A DNA stretch of 64,000 nt from Catajapyx aquilonaris. Its lineage: Eukaryota. The position numbers were made by a program, and so were the translations under genes. Within the stretch, counting starts at the first letter, position 1. Each line of letters starts with the position of its first letter. Below, piece after piece: positions 23,153 through 36,952 of this stretch. The stretch is taken from assembly GCA_000934665.2 (NCBI GenBank), contig KZ538831.1, positions 1-64,000 on the forward strand, read 5' to 3'. A model generated the notes under the pieces. The model was given only the letters and a program-made list of their open reading frames with translations. It ran no database searches and was not told the DNA's origin.

Positions 23153-26100
23153 CACTATACTGTATACGATTTTAGGTCAGAATATGTCTTCTAAAAAGTT
23201 TCCCCAGTTGAATATTTCTATTTGAGAAAATATATTCACAACCACATCCAAACCTTGAATTTCAAAATAGAGCCATCAGATACAAGCCAAAATCTAAATC
23301 AGTATAACTTGGCAGATCAATGCAGTTGCTTGCATACAGCCAAATAAAGAGCCGTCAGTGAAGGTGGAATTGATTCTCACAAATGAATGGGTGCCACGTG
23401 CTGCAGAGCGCAGTGACTGTGTACAAATGACGGACTTTGCTCGAGAATTTCATTTTGGGCGGCAGAGGCTATAGTAGGACGGAGGAGAGGTGGGGGCTGG
23501 AGCAGAGGGAGGACTAGAATAGAGGGGGGGGGGGGGTAGTGGGATGGGGGGAGCACCTCCACTTAACAGGGAGCTGGCCATTCGCCTTTTACGAGGCCCC
23601 AGAAACCAGGCGCAATCTGCGTGCCTAACGAACTCTTGGAGCGAATGGGACCTCTCTTTTCTGTCTGCTAGCTGCCAAAGAGAAGGAAAAGGACCAAGGG
23701 AGGAAGTACTCCACCCACAGCTCTACTTGTCACTGGGAATGTTTCCTGGTGACTTTCTTTCAACCCCCTTCCTATTTACCGCTGGCCTTTCACAAGCCCT
23801 CCCTCTAACTTATGTACGCTGACAAAGGACACTCGCTAGGAATAGAAGAAAAAAAAAGAAACGGTTGCGTGTAAAATGTAGAGCGGGGATTGCTGCATTC
23901 TTCAAACGGGTTGTGAGGCAGCGACAAAATCTGACTCTTAATTTCCAGTAAAAGCTTGGGGGCCGTGTCCTGAATAATTGACAGGTTGTCGCAAATCGGA
24001 AGCGTGCCGGTCGAAGAAAAGGGCCTAGGAATCCCATCCATTTTGCATAGAGTAGGTTGTCCCATTTTCAGAGTGTGCGTGTGTACAGTATGTGTGGGTG
24101 TCTGTGTGCCTTGTTTGGCAAAAATGCTGTAGTGGCGTGGGAGTAGTCTGGAATTCCCGGAGCAGCAATCCAAGCACATGGGCTTCCCCTTTAACGATGG
24201 GGACAATGGCTGCGGAAATAAGGAGTGGTCTGGGGAACGAGCTTGGCCCAACTACTAGTGCAGCCATACGGGGCTGGAATGAAGGAATGGACACCGGCCA
24301 CTGACTCGACGCCAAATGACCTTCCAGTTTGCCTAGATGCCTCGAGCAGGCCGCCATGTTGGATGCCCCGAGCCAGGCATCGGCGAGTCAAAATGTCACG
24401 CTCCGAAATAGACCTAGCCTCCCCAGGGTTCCTTTCAGCTGCATGGTGCAGGCATTGACTCGATCGCTTCATCCACGGCTGTAACTAACACCTGCTCTGT
24501 TCACAATCATCAGCTTTGATCATTGGAATTGCTCTGAAATCAATGCTGTGCTGGGGCTACAAAAGCTGGCCCAGGAAAATATATGCTGGCCAAACTCTGG
24601 ATACAGAGGGCAGCACACATTTTTGCATTTGCTTTGTGGGCCATCGGCTTAATTTACGAGGCAACAATGGTACCGGTAGAGTCGAGAGATCCTTCTTCGT
24701 GCTGGTCGTTAGCATAGAAATGAAGATGGCAGAAGCTCTAGGCACTAAATTTTCCCAAGGAGAAGAAAACAAGAGAGCGAGACCCGCTCTTTGAAAATTG
24801 GATTGATGACAACGCAAGCTCCTAAAAGAACAGCATCACTATGAAGCCAACTAGCCTACATCAATTCTGCCAACTCAGCCTCTCGGCCAACTCCTTTTGT
24901 GTTAGTCGCAAATCGAGGGCGGAAGATCAAAATTGCCCTTTTGACCAAAACAAGTTTCAAATAAGTTAGAGAGGTGATATTTGTTACAAGATTCAGTGCG
25001 CTGCTACAATGCCAAAAGGCCAATTCCTGTTGTCGACACTGCAAAATAATGTCTTCTTCCAGGATTTTCACATTGGAAATGAACAGTTGGATTGCAGTGA
25101 AATACCGCTTGCTCTTATGAATATTTTCTGCATATAAAAATTGTTCGAAATCATTTTTGTCTCTGTTGTAAGAAAATGCGAACCCAGGTGGCACATTCTC
25201 TAAGAAATCCAACGCTATATGTATTCTGTGACAAGAAATTGATGTCGATTGAAGCCCGTGTTTGCACATGTGTCGGTCGAGTGAGAACAAACACGTCCGA
25301 GTATCAATGCTCGGTCCTCGGCCGGTATGAATAAGGACGCCTTTGTTTGATCATGGTCACGGCAATCTTTGTCACAATCAGTTCCCCAAAGTGTCTGACC
25401 GTGCAGGCCAAGGAAAAGAATCGAACCGGAGCGAGGGTTGTTCTTTTTGGGCCAGGCACAAGTTGTCAAATGCAAATATTGCCATCCCGCCGTCCCCTCC
25501 AAGACAAAGAGAGCCGGGGAAATGAGGCGATGGAGGAGACAAGTGGACCGTGGATACAACGAAGCATCCCACTCCACTCTCCGTCCCTTGCTTGGAACCA
25601 GTTTTTATAGCGGACGCTGTCCAACTTGAGGCGCAATGTTCTGCAGGTGCCCCCCCCCCCCACCCCACGATAGCCTCAATTTTGGAAGAAGCTGGTTATT
25701 TATTATTAAGACCTAGCGCAATGGCTCAGGGGTTTTCTAATTCAAGTGAAGATCTGATGTACCGTATAGAAGGGTCAGAGTCACATTGAATAATTTTTTG
25801 TGAGGAATACTGCAATAGAAATAATACATGGAGCTAACTGCTATAGCCATACATCCTCATGGCTGATTCAGTCGTCAAGTTTACTTGCAACTTGCTCCAA
25901 GGGCTGCTGCATAGCCTGGCATTGCGCAGTATGCTTCTAACCATAAACGACAACACAATGGATGGGTTGGTATGAGCTCGGGGGTTTATTCACTGCGTAT
26001 AGGCTAAAAGTTGCGGATTGTGGCATTATTCCAGGATGCAAGTCAATTGGGCTCTTATTCCAAGATCAATCCATTTTCTATCCGGCCCAGGCAACAATCC

Positions 26101-26751
26101 CAGCTACAAACTGCATGCATACTGCATCTAGGCGCAAATCCTGAATCAGGCCTGAGGTGACTTTCTGGTTGAGCAAAGTTTTGCTTTTGTATTCCCAAGC
26201 TCCGAATAATAGTAGCAGTTTCATTCTCCTTCCCTCCCCCCCTTCTTCCCTCCACCATTCCTCCTTCTCTTCCCCCAGTTATAATAGCTTTAGTCTCATT
26301 TTTGGGAGACAAGTAAGTCGAAGAGAAGCGTATAAACTACAAAGTCGAAGTTGTGCGCCTCCGTCCTGCTTTCTGGGGCTCCTAATATGGTCCAACACGC
26401 CAACTCCCCTCTCGCACCTCTAATGATGTCTCTATATAGAAGTTTTCATGCCTCGGGGTGTTTCGGCAACACAATAGGATTTCTACAAAGCACGCGAACC
26501 GTGAGGAGATTATAATGTTGCCTGTTGGAAGTCTCTGCCTCGTTTCTTGTTTGCTACCTCGAAACGCATCCACGGCAGAAAGGATTCCCTCCGACCTTCC
26601 CTCCCAAAACCCCCACTCCCTCCCATCAGATGCTCCGAAAAAGTCCCGGATTTTGGAGCAGAGAGGTAGCGAATACGGACCAGCTATAGTAGTCAACCAA
26701 GCTCGACAGTAATAATCTGTTTACACATATGTGGATATTGATAGTAAAGAT

Positions 26752-26809
26752 AAGCACCTAAGTAGCTATGGCTTTCCAAAAAGCACCTAAGTAGCTATGG
26801 CTTTCCAAA
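26752..26809. repeat. 29-bp perfect tandem duplication
   Basis: AAGCACCTAAGTAGCTATGGCTTTCCAAA x2. Confidence 0.92.
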
Positions 26810-27310
26810 AAGCCACGTGGGCTCAAAATGGCGGGAATTAAGTGACGCGACGCCGACCCACGTGTAATGCCACTACACTAAAAAATTGTTGAACTAACCA
26901 AAACATGAGTAGACATGTCTTTCTCCTCCATTATAATTCTTGCCATTTACCTCGACTTATCCTTGCCACTAGGCCCTAAACCCCTGCCGTGTCTGTTATC
27001 CCACGTCCTACTTCCAATCCGATTTTGTGCCATTGATCAAGTTAGATCCTTTTGCATGTATTCTAGTTTCGACTTATTCCGCAGACTTGGCTGGCATCAC
27101 GCTTTCTGGATAACGGTGATTGTTTGCATTGGCTGGGGGTATCAATTTCGCCTGATTTATGCTCTTTGTTGTCGTGAATCTCAATGTCGAAAGAACGTTA
27201 GGTGGATTGATGCAGAAGGACTATAACTGGTGTTTCCAAAATGATTTATGTATACTTCTAAGACGACCTGCTGGGCATCATAATTATGGTCACTCTCATT
27301 GCACAGTATA

Positions 27311-27571
27311 TTAATGGATACCTCATGATAAGCCTCCTTGGGCTTTTTAGGGGATCATCTTTTAATTCACCGACTTTAATCATTTGCCTGTAATGTGATG
27401 GATTTTGATAGTGGCAGGAAACGGGAGAACCCCGAGAAAACCCACGCGAACCCGGCGAGAACCCATCTAAACTCTATCCACATAAGTATCCTCTGCCCGA
27501 TCCGGGGATCGAACTCGGGACCTTAGAGGTGGAAGGCTGTGGCGCTAACCACTCCGACACCATGTCGCCCT
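27311..27571 (-). mobile_element. tRNA-derived SINE with V-domain-like core
   Basis: Minus strand: A box TGTCGGAGTGG, B box GAGTTCGATCC. Plus strand GGAAACGGGAGAACCCCGAGAAAACCCACGCGAACCCGGCGAGAAC..AAACTC resembles the V-SINE core as I recall it. TSD TTGCACA(G/A)TATA at 27299-27310 and 27572-27583. Confidence 0.85.
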
Positions 27572-28190
27572 TTGCACAATATATAGACATGTCATTTTTG
27601 CATCAAAATAATATAAAAATTAATATCTAACCTGGGTGAAATTCCCACTAATGTACTGTAATACTGGTAAGTAATGAATGACCTTGCTGTGAATAACTGT
27701 GAGTGGAAGTGCAGCCATGAATGTCAATCCTACTCTGAGTTCTGTAGAGGAAAGAGTGTCATTTCACCATTGCAGACATTTTACATGAACTAAAATTAGA
27801 GACTCCTGGCACCGGAATGTCGTTTTTAGTCCTAGTAAGTAGAAGCTGCTTTAGCGACAGGTTTGGCGTAGGATGTGAAGTGCAGTAGGCTGCATACAGT
27901 GTAGCTATAACCATGCAGTGTCGTATTTGGCAAGTGTAGGCGCAGTGGGACATAAAATGTCTCGCTTTTAGTAACCTCAGTTGTCAGCATACATTGCGAC
28001 AACTCCAAAAAACACTGGATATGGTGTAGCTGGAGCTCTAAGCGCACAGTGTGCAAATAGTATCATACAAGTACAGTTTACTCGTAAACACTTGCAACAA
28101 AGGTCAATATTGTAGCAAATGTGTTACAGGTGTGTAACAATGTATCACATCTTGTGACTGTAGTAAGGCTACATTATAGTGCCCCCCCCC

Positions 28191-28222
28191 CCCAGGAAAG
28201 CTGCATATGCAGCTTTCCTGGG
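28191..28222. repeat. Perfect 32-bp palindrome
   Basis: CCCAGGAAAGCTGCAT|ATGCAGCTTTCCTGGG. Confidence 0.92.
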
Positions 28223-31200
28223 AGGGACAGCGGGAAGGTTTTAATGTTATGAGTTATTTAAAATGTTAAGAAATAAGGGACCAATCAACTGCGCATAAAG
28301 AGTGCATTGTAACTTCAGGTCATTGCGCCAGAATTTGTTGGCTCAAAATAAGTCTAAAATATCGAGGCATTCGTCGATAATGACGTAGATTTTCAAATTG
28401 GTTGTTCACCTAGAAGGGAGTGAATGACTTCATTATCTCAGATATTACAGTAGCTTGTTAGCGCCTTTTGATTTTTAATGGCAGAGGAGCTTTGATACTT
28501 GTATATATTTTGCCTAACTATAGTATACTTATGGCTTTCTAATTCAAAGCAGGGGGATATTTTTCCAAATGCAAAAGTCATATTTTACTGTAGAGATGTA
28601 CCCAGACAATAGAGACTGGCTGTTGGGTTGGATTACTTGCTTTCCCTGAATACAATTGCTTTGAAGTCCTTTCAATAACCACCAGTAATGATGACAACAA
28701 CTTTCCTGCCTAAACCAGGATTTACGACCTTTGTGGAAATGAAAACTAAAAACGAAACGCATTTCAGTTCTGTAATGTGAGTTGCTTTGGAGGAGGCAAT
28801 TGAACCTCGGTTCTACGTAGTAGAAGCTCGTTACAGACGAGTACAAAATGTAAACTAAAAAAAATGTAATAATTTTTGTGTTACTTGCCTTTATCACAAC
28901 TGCTTTCTTTGCATATTTTAGGATGTTCAACAACCTGCATAAATATTGAAGTTTAAATATAGTTTATGTTCCCCTCACACTTGTGGGAATATGAATTAGG
29001 TATAAAATTATACACAGGGAAAAATAAGAAAAAAATGATTCCAGATTCTTTTGGGCCAATCTACAGGAACTGTCGACTGGATGAACTGAAGTTTGTTGCC
29101 TTTTTAATTGATCGCCTCAAAATAATTTTTCCATTATGATCCTCAATATCATGATAATTCAAACACGCTATTATTAAATTCCCTTATTAGATCATTTCCA
29201 TAAGTGTCATCTACTGTATGTGACTACATCCAACATCCAGATTGTCACCCCTATTTAAATCCTAAAAGTTAGGGCATACTTACTCCACAGTCCATTAACT
29301 TATTCAAATGGCAGTAGATTCCGCTAATCTTCAATTAAGGTAAAGTGTACACGACGCTGATTTATACAACGGTGGCCAGAAAAAGAAAAGAAAAGAAACT
29401 AAGCGTCTCCAACTGCATTTTTTTCTCTCTCTACCACCCAAGGTTCCCTTTTTACCGAAGCGAATAACTTGGGGCCAGGAAATCGCAGGCGTGAATGATT
29501 GCAATTGGCCTAATCAGGGCGGAGGAAACTCTAAAGATGGAATACATGATAAGGGCGGAAGAGCTGCAGGGTAGCGGAAAAGAAGACATGTGAACGAAAT
29601 TATGCGGCGGGGTGGGGGGGGGGGGGTGGTGGCAAAGGTCCGCATAGCAAAAAGAGGCCCCAGGGCACGTTCCACTTGCTAAAGCACTTCCTCCATTCTT
29701 TTCCTATTCCTATTCTCTCCTCTTTTTTTCCCCCCAAAGGAAAGAAGGAAGGGCAGGAGGGTGAAGGAGGAAGGAGGGAAAATACATACGCTATATATAA
29801 TGGCGTTTTCTGAAGGAAGCGAAGTCGCTTCGGGCCAGAAATATAACAAGCCCGACGAAATAATGAAACAAACCGAGGAAACAAGCGGCTGAACTTGTCC
29901 TTAACTTTCTCTGCGTCCGAGGGCACAATTTGAAAATTCGATAACTTTTTTTTTTCCTTCTCTTCTCCTCCTTCCCCCACCCCCTCTAAACAATTCCCTC
30001 AATCAGTGTTTCTGTAGATGGGGGTGGAGAAAGGCGGAGGGGACCGAATATTATTTTTTTACTAAATGCAGGTTGACTTGGGATTCAGTACAATAAGTTG
30101 CAAGAGAAATCCATTTAGTACCAATGAGCCAGCAAGCCAGGATTTTCTGTCTACACTAGCAAATCTTTGTTGTTGATAATTTCCATGATATTGTTCATCA
30201 GCAATGGACAATTCCTGTGGCTGGCAGGGAAGGTCATACATGCGGTTCTATATTGTTTGATAGTAATTACACGTGTCTAAAAATATCCATTACTCTCAGA
30301 CCAATTATTGGCAATCGATATATTTTTACCGAATACTATACAAACGTCAGCTTGTAAATCCTAGGGGCAAACGTGCCAATCATCCGTGTTTTCACCTGGT
30401 GCATAGGATTGGTGTAACTTTAAAGGCAGAGCAGTAACTCTGTTTAAGGATTGGCTGAATCACCCCGTAGGGTACGTAACCTATGAAATTATGAACGCGT
30501 GAGGTAAAATGCTTGGGAATGTAAATTAATGCTGCAGAGAATCTACCAACAACCGTTTTGGTAATTAATAAGTTATAATTTACAGGTAATTATCAGTAAT
30601 AAATTACACTCATTGAAACCTTCCGAAGTTGCCTGTAATTTATGGCAACATTATCGTGTTCAATATTGCGCGGCAACATGTATTTTTTTTATTTTCTGGT
30701 GTGGCATTTTTTTTCCCCTCCCCACTGGTGGTGTGGACTCAACTGCGCTGGTAATTAATATGATTAATGCGCTTAATTTTTCGCGTTTTTAACCGCGGTT
30801 TTGTTCAACGCCGCTTTGGTCACGGAGAGAAATATTGCGACAAGTTGAACGCAATATGGATGCAGTGAAATAGATTTTAATGTCTCAGGAAAGGAATAAA
30901 ATGTTTTATGCTCCCTGTATCCCTTTGGAAAACACATGCAGCATTGTTGTATATGACTAACATACCACTCATTCCACAATTTGCGCTGACAAAAGTTGGC
31001 ACCCCCCCCCCCCCAATGCTTCAATTTAATACACTATCTTTGTCATTTGCAGGATTACTACCTCTTTTTTTTGGTCACTCTCAAAAAATTTCCCACAGTT
31101 TTTTTGACAGTAGGGATTCCATAGAGGGGGAAAAACTAAAGGCAATGTGTCATAAATCCATTACGGGAGAGAGATGCAGCTTTTAAACCCCCCCGCTTCA

Positions 31201-31436
31201 TGAAGCCTCGGTTTCGCAGTTAATTTGTCGAAATCCTTCCTCGTACATGGGGAGGGGGAAAAAATCCTCTGGTTTTGTGGAAATGGAATGGAGCAATTGC
31301 GAGGGGATTTGCTCAGACAGTAGAGACCTAAAGAGAATTGCGCTAGAGAGGGGGGGCAAACGCAGGGTTTCCACCAAAAACCTGGTTGAATAAGTAGGAC
31401 GTACCAGGATTATTGTGCGTCTGATGACAATAATAC

Positions 31437-31437
<1 letters not shown>

Positions 31438-31521
<84 letters not shown>
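31438..31521. repeat. (TAA)n microsatellite
   Basis: About 28 TAA units followed by (GTA)3. Confidence 0.97.
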
Positions 31522-33183
31522 GTAGTAGTAGACTCTCCATTCACTGCAGCATTCACTGCACTGCACTGGCACTATTCCTATCCAAGGTCGCAGTAGTACA
31601 GTAACAACGTGAAAAAAAAACTAGGAATGGAACTGCGTAGTGCAGTGTTGCTATATTGCGCCATATGCAGTTTGCGTGTGAAAAACCAGGCAAATGTTTT
31701 AACCCGAGAAACGAGTAGGCAGATTCGTCATGATTGTGGAATAAGGGCTATAAGGCAAAAAATTATAAAGTCAGCTTGTGTTGCCTGCACTAGGTAATTT
31801 ACTGTACAGTACGGTACTAGTTTTTTCAGGGTGGGATTTTTTAATGTGTTTTGGATATTGTGTGGAAGTATTATTTCAACTCTTTCATCAGTATTTGTTA
31901 CTTATCAGTACTTGAACCAGATTGTGTATTGTTCAGTACGATTGTAATTTTTGAACAGTCCTATCAATTATGTATCGCTAATATTCTGAAAAAATTTTCC
32001 TCTAGAGTTAAATAATTGTGCAACAATCGCAGCATCGTTAATTATTGCATACCTATTCTCTACATTTTAATACTGCACAGCATACTTCTAGGGCAGTGTT
32101 ACGTAACAATCGATCCATTTCCGCAACGCAGCACCCTATACCACTCTGACCTGGATTTAGACTAACCCCCCCCCCCCTCAGATAACAATGCAATAATTTC
32201 GACTCATTATTTTCCCACTCGAATTATTCCGAAATGAAGTCCGAATATAGAGAGCAGCGAGCCGGCTGTTATATGCTGGTGGCCCATGCAATTGAAGAGA
32301 TGCAATCAGGCGAGCAGGCCCAGCACAGCACTCGGCTGTAGTGTGGTGATAAAGCCGTAACAGCAGCCAGACCTCGTAGCTTTGGATGCCAGTTGACGTA
32401 GGCATGATTAACCGGCATTTCCCCTGACTGTGACAGCTTCAACGCTGCAACAATGCAAAGCCAACCCGACAACGGTTGACAATCAACACCAGGGGGAAAT
32501 AATTCGCGGCAGGCAGGCAAACAAGGGGGGCGTACATAAGGCTTGATTCAATGCAGTCACGCGTGGCGGCGATGACGAGACCTGAGACAAAGGACAGCAA
32601 GTCACTTCTAAGTCCGGTCTGAGCCTGAGCCTTGTACTTACTGAAGGGGGACTTCCCATCTGGCGTGCCGGCAGAATAATAGTCCCAATTAAAGGGGGGG
32701 CCCTCTGGTTCGATAGTCAGGAATCGCGGAATCAGCAGTTGGTGTCCTCCGAAAAGAAGGTGGCAGCACATGTATCGAAGATTATCATTACAGGCATATG
32801 GAAGGAGTGGCGGGGATCTGACAGTGATTGATTAAAAGCAGGGGAGTCTGAATGCCGATGACCGTCATAATGATAATGATGGTACGCGAATAATGGCCTG
32901 GGAGTCGTGGCCACCCTTATATTTCCCTCCCACAGCACACTCTGGTCCTCTAACTGGCTGCACATGCTTTTATTGGAAATAGGAGCTGCGTTTACGGCCA
33001 GCAATTCCCCTGCAAATCTAAGCCACTGCTTCTGGTGGCCCCCAGTTCTCTTCATTAGGATTTTACAGCCTTATAAAAGTATCGCCTTACGGTGTGAAGC
33101 TTCTTTGACCTGAATATGGCCACCTTCGTCAACCTAAATGTGGCCACCTTCCACTTGAATATGACCATCTTCCGGGCTCCTCC

Positions 33184-33435
33184 ATATGATGTTCGCCTCA
33201 ATATGATGTTCGCCTCAACATGATGTTCGCCTCCATATAATGTTCGCCTCAATATAATGTTCGCCTCAATATAATGTTCGCCTCAATATAATGTTCGCCT
33301 CAATATAATGTTCGCCTCCATATGATGTTCGCCTCAATACTGATAATGTTCGCCTCAATATATGTTCGCCACCATATGATTTTCGCCTCCATGTGATCTC
33401 TACCTCCATATGATTTCTACCTCTATATGACCACC
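33184..33435. repeat. 17-bp minisatellite
   Basis: ATGTTCGCCTCAATATA-like unit, about 12-14 copies, degenerating on both sides. Confidence 0.92.
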
Positions 33436-35625
33436 TCTTTTTGGCATATGGGAACATTTTTTGTGCTTACAAACTGAATTACTGTGTAATGAAATAGCGG
33501 ATAAGAAGTCCACTTTGTAGTGTATTTCCTGGCCTGAGAAAAGCCTTGTATGGTTTCCCGTCGGAGGGCAGGGGAGTCGAAGCTTGAAGCGGGAGAGTTC
33601 ACCACGTGACTTCCATTGAGCGAATTTGAGGAAGAGGGGAGGGGGAGTTTTGGAGGGTTGGGGGGGAAGCGGGGAGGACTGGCATCCGGGGCCTTCTAGT
33701 AGTACTGTAGTACTCCAGCAGCGATCTCCCGATAAGGATCGAAATAAAGGCTGTGCCTCCACTGCCACCAACATGTGCTCTGCAATACCCACTTTTATGC
33801 CGATTTTATAGAGGCCGGGCGACGAAGCAGTAGGCTTGGGCGCAAAAAAAGGGTTGCAAGAAGAGGGTTGGGGGATTTTATTTCATAGAATGAGCGTGTG
33901 TGCACTTGTAGCTAGCATGTTTTTTGATACAGTTAAGGTAATGCTAATTCTAATTATAAACTCTCTCACACACAAAGTGAGAAATAGCACAATAAACAAG
34001 AAATTATTGATGGTGCAATTTCTTTGACATTGTGGTCGAGGAAAGGTATATAAATTGGATTCCTGGCTTTTAGAGGTTTTTGAATAACTGCAATTTAGCT
34101 TCAATTGCAGAAATCTCACTTTATGTCAAGTCAGTTTGCGCTAGAGCAGGTACAGTACTTGAAAAACATGATCATGAACACACACGAAATGCAATTTTCA
34201 ATCCCGCATACCTCAAAAGGTGAATCTGATCGTTCTGTATTTCATTCTTCATTTTGATTCATGATAAAATTACAACAAAATCCTTTCAGTATGCTAAAAC
34301 CTGACGTTAGTCTACATGGGTATTAACATTAGCCACCTATATCCTTTAACAGTGGGCCGGGAAATGAGCTTATGGATTATTTACTCCAACCAGTTGAAAC
34401 TAAAGCAACATTTACGATCATCTTCCTTTGTTTATATTCCAAAGGGTGACAGAATGAGAAACATTGTATGTAATGGCCCTGATTGTTGCTCTTGTTTTAA
34501 CTGTGGTAGGCTTATATGGTTTGCAAGCGTTCAACCTCTGTGTATGTTCAAGTGATTGCAAAATAAACAATTACTGCAGAAAATATTTCCAAATATCCCC
34601 CTGATAAGGTCATTCCGAATGGGACAAAAATATTGTTCTTGAAAATGGGTGATGCCCAAAGTGCCTTTTTTCACAGCAATTCTGTTGGATTATTGTGATT
34701 TTGTGGAGACCCATTTGTTTCCCACGTTGACAATATTAGTGGCTTTAAGTTAGTTGTCAATTAATCGTGTTTTCTTTATGTGTGTAAACATTTTTGAGAA
34801 AAATGAACTAACGTAATAACTAACAGGTTCATGGTCGGTTTAAATGCCCATTCATTTGTTGTAGTGTTACGTCATAACCGCTGAAACTGGTCGATCTTTA
34901 CAGCAATATGAATTCACCTTTCTCACATTATTATGACGTCACTTGATGAGCATGCAAACGGGACAATTTGCTGGTTTGTGGTGTGAGAATCCGGCCATGT
35001 GCCTGTAGTGATTGAGAAGGAGTTTCTTTTTCTTTCTTCCTCTTTTTTTTGTGTGTTAGGTGGGCGGTTAGGTGTGGAAGTCTTTTGGCAAGTGTTATCG
35101 ATTCGCTTAGTCGTGACTGGTGGTCGTTGGGAAGACGAGAGCCATTTTGGGCAGGTGAGCTGTTTGGAAAGCACAGTCTACCGCTATCAAGAGCCTGTCT
35201 AATGCTATAGTTGTAGCAAAGTGAAAGAAGGGGAGCCACATGGCAAGTAAAATGGAACCTTCTCACTTCTATGAGATCTAATAATTACGGTATGCATTTT
35301 GTGGCCGCGTGTTGGAACTAAATATCGGCAGCTTAGCAGGCGCATAAAGTCCGGCGTATTACGCTACGAGCAGCATTTGAATACGCCTCGTTTTATTTCG
35401 TTGCGCTTTACGGCCCTGGACTTATGACCACTCAAAGGGGATTCCGTTACCCTGCCATTAAAGTAAATGTCGCCCGACTTTATCGGCGGATTATCGAGTT
35501 GAATGTACTCTGGCAAATTAACTTTTAGTCACAAAATATGTTTTTTTCCACTCTTCTCATCTTGGAACATGGCGACAATGAGAGCCAAAATTATTGAATA
35601 TACAAAGGTGTTCCAAATTCGTGGG

Positions 35626-36952
35626 TCTCCAAAAACTTACCAATACCATGTCCCAGCATAATAACTCAAAAATGGCTTGACTGAGGGAGTTGATTCTTTA
35701 AACATTTGGAGAAGCAGTTGACACCTAGCCATCCCCATGAAGACAAAGAAAAATATTAAATTAAGTTTTACTGCAAAAAATGTCAAAGGGCCTAAAATCA
35801 CTATTCTTGGCATGTCCCGATCTCATTTTAAAGCATGCTATATTTTCTTACAATTTTATTATTAACATTAGACAAGTTTCAATACTATAATTAAATTGTA
35901 CATAGTTGCAGGTATAAAACAACATTTTTAAAACGATTTATTCATTTGACATGACCTTGCTGCATCACTCCTAAGTGTGTCCCGAGTTTTCCCGGAAATA
36001 AAAAGTTCACACTCCTGGCTCATTTTTTAATGTCACAAAATAGCTTAAATATTTTGAAATAACTGTGATTCCATGGCATGAAGGGTCTTCTTGAACCCAC
36101 AGAAATTTCCAGAGTCAACGTTTGTTCTGGACCGTGATATTAATCCTAATGCATCCAAAGGCCATTCTTCTGCTCCCAAACTCCCGGAAATAAAAAGTTC
36201 ACACTCCTGGCTCATTTTTATATGTCATAAAATAGCTTAAATGTTTTGAAATAACTATGATTCCATAGCATGAAGGGTCTTCTTGAACCCACAGAAATTT
36301 CCAGAGTCAACGTTTGTTCAGGAACGTGATATTAATCCTAATCGATCCTAATGTATCCAAAGGTCAATTCTTCTGGCTCCCAAACTCCCGGAAATAAAAA
36401 GTTCACACTCCTGGCTCATTTTTCTATGTCATAAAATAGCTTAAATGTTTTGAAATAACTATGATTCCATAGCATGAAGGGTCTTCTTGAACCCACAGAA
36501 ATGTCCAGAGTCAACGTTTGTTCTTGACCGTGATATTAATCCTAATGCATCCAAAGGTCATTTTTCTCCCGGAAATTAAAATTTCACGCTCCTGGCTCAT
36601 TTTTTTATGTCACATAATAGCTTAATGTATATAGCTTAATGTAATAGCTTAAATGTTTTGAAATAACTGTGATTCCATGGAATGAAGGGTCTTCTTTAAC
36701 CCACCGAAATCTCCATAGACAACGTTTGTTCTGGACCGTGATATGCATAGGACCGTGCATGCATAGGTCATTCTTCTGGCTCCCGAACTCCTGGAAATAT
36801 TCACTCTCCTGGCATTAGAATATCAGAATTAGTTCTCCATATTTTTCCCTGATTTGTGACCTCATATAGAGTAAGTGAGAATTTTTCCAGATTTTTAAAA
36901 CAAGTTTTGAAATTCATTAATTCTTGCTTTGAAAATTGTAAGTTTTTGGAGA
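35626..36952. mobile_element. Non-autonomous TIR element carrying a tandem array
   Basis: Perfect inverted TCTCCAAAAACTTAC (35626-35640) and GTAAGTTTTTGGAGA (36938-36952). Confidence 0.7.
35991..36812. repeat. ~190-bp tandem repeat, four units plus a fragment
   Basis: Units start CCCGGAAATAAAAAGTTCACACTCCTGGCTC near 35991, 36183, 36387, 36568 and 36790. Confidence 0.93.

Noticed and set aside
24356..24484. 42-codon ORF with GCCGCCATG context
   Set aside because: No recognisable peptide or supporting splice structure; chance cannot be excluded.
31198..31572. Poly-Leu and poly-Ile ORFs
   Set aside because: Translation of the (TAA)n microsatellite.
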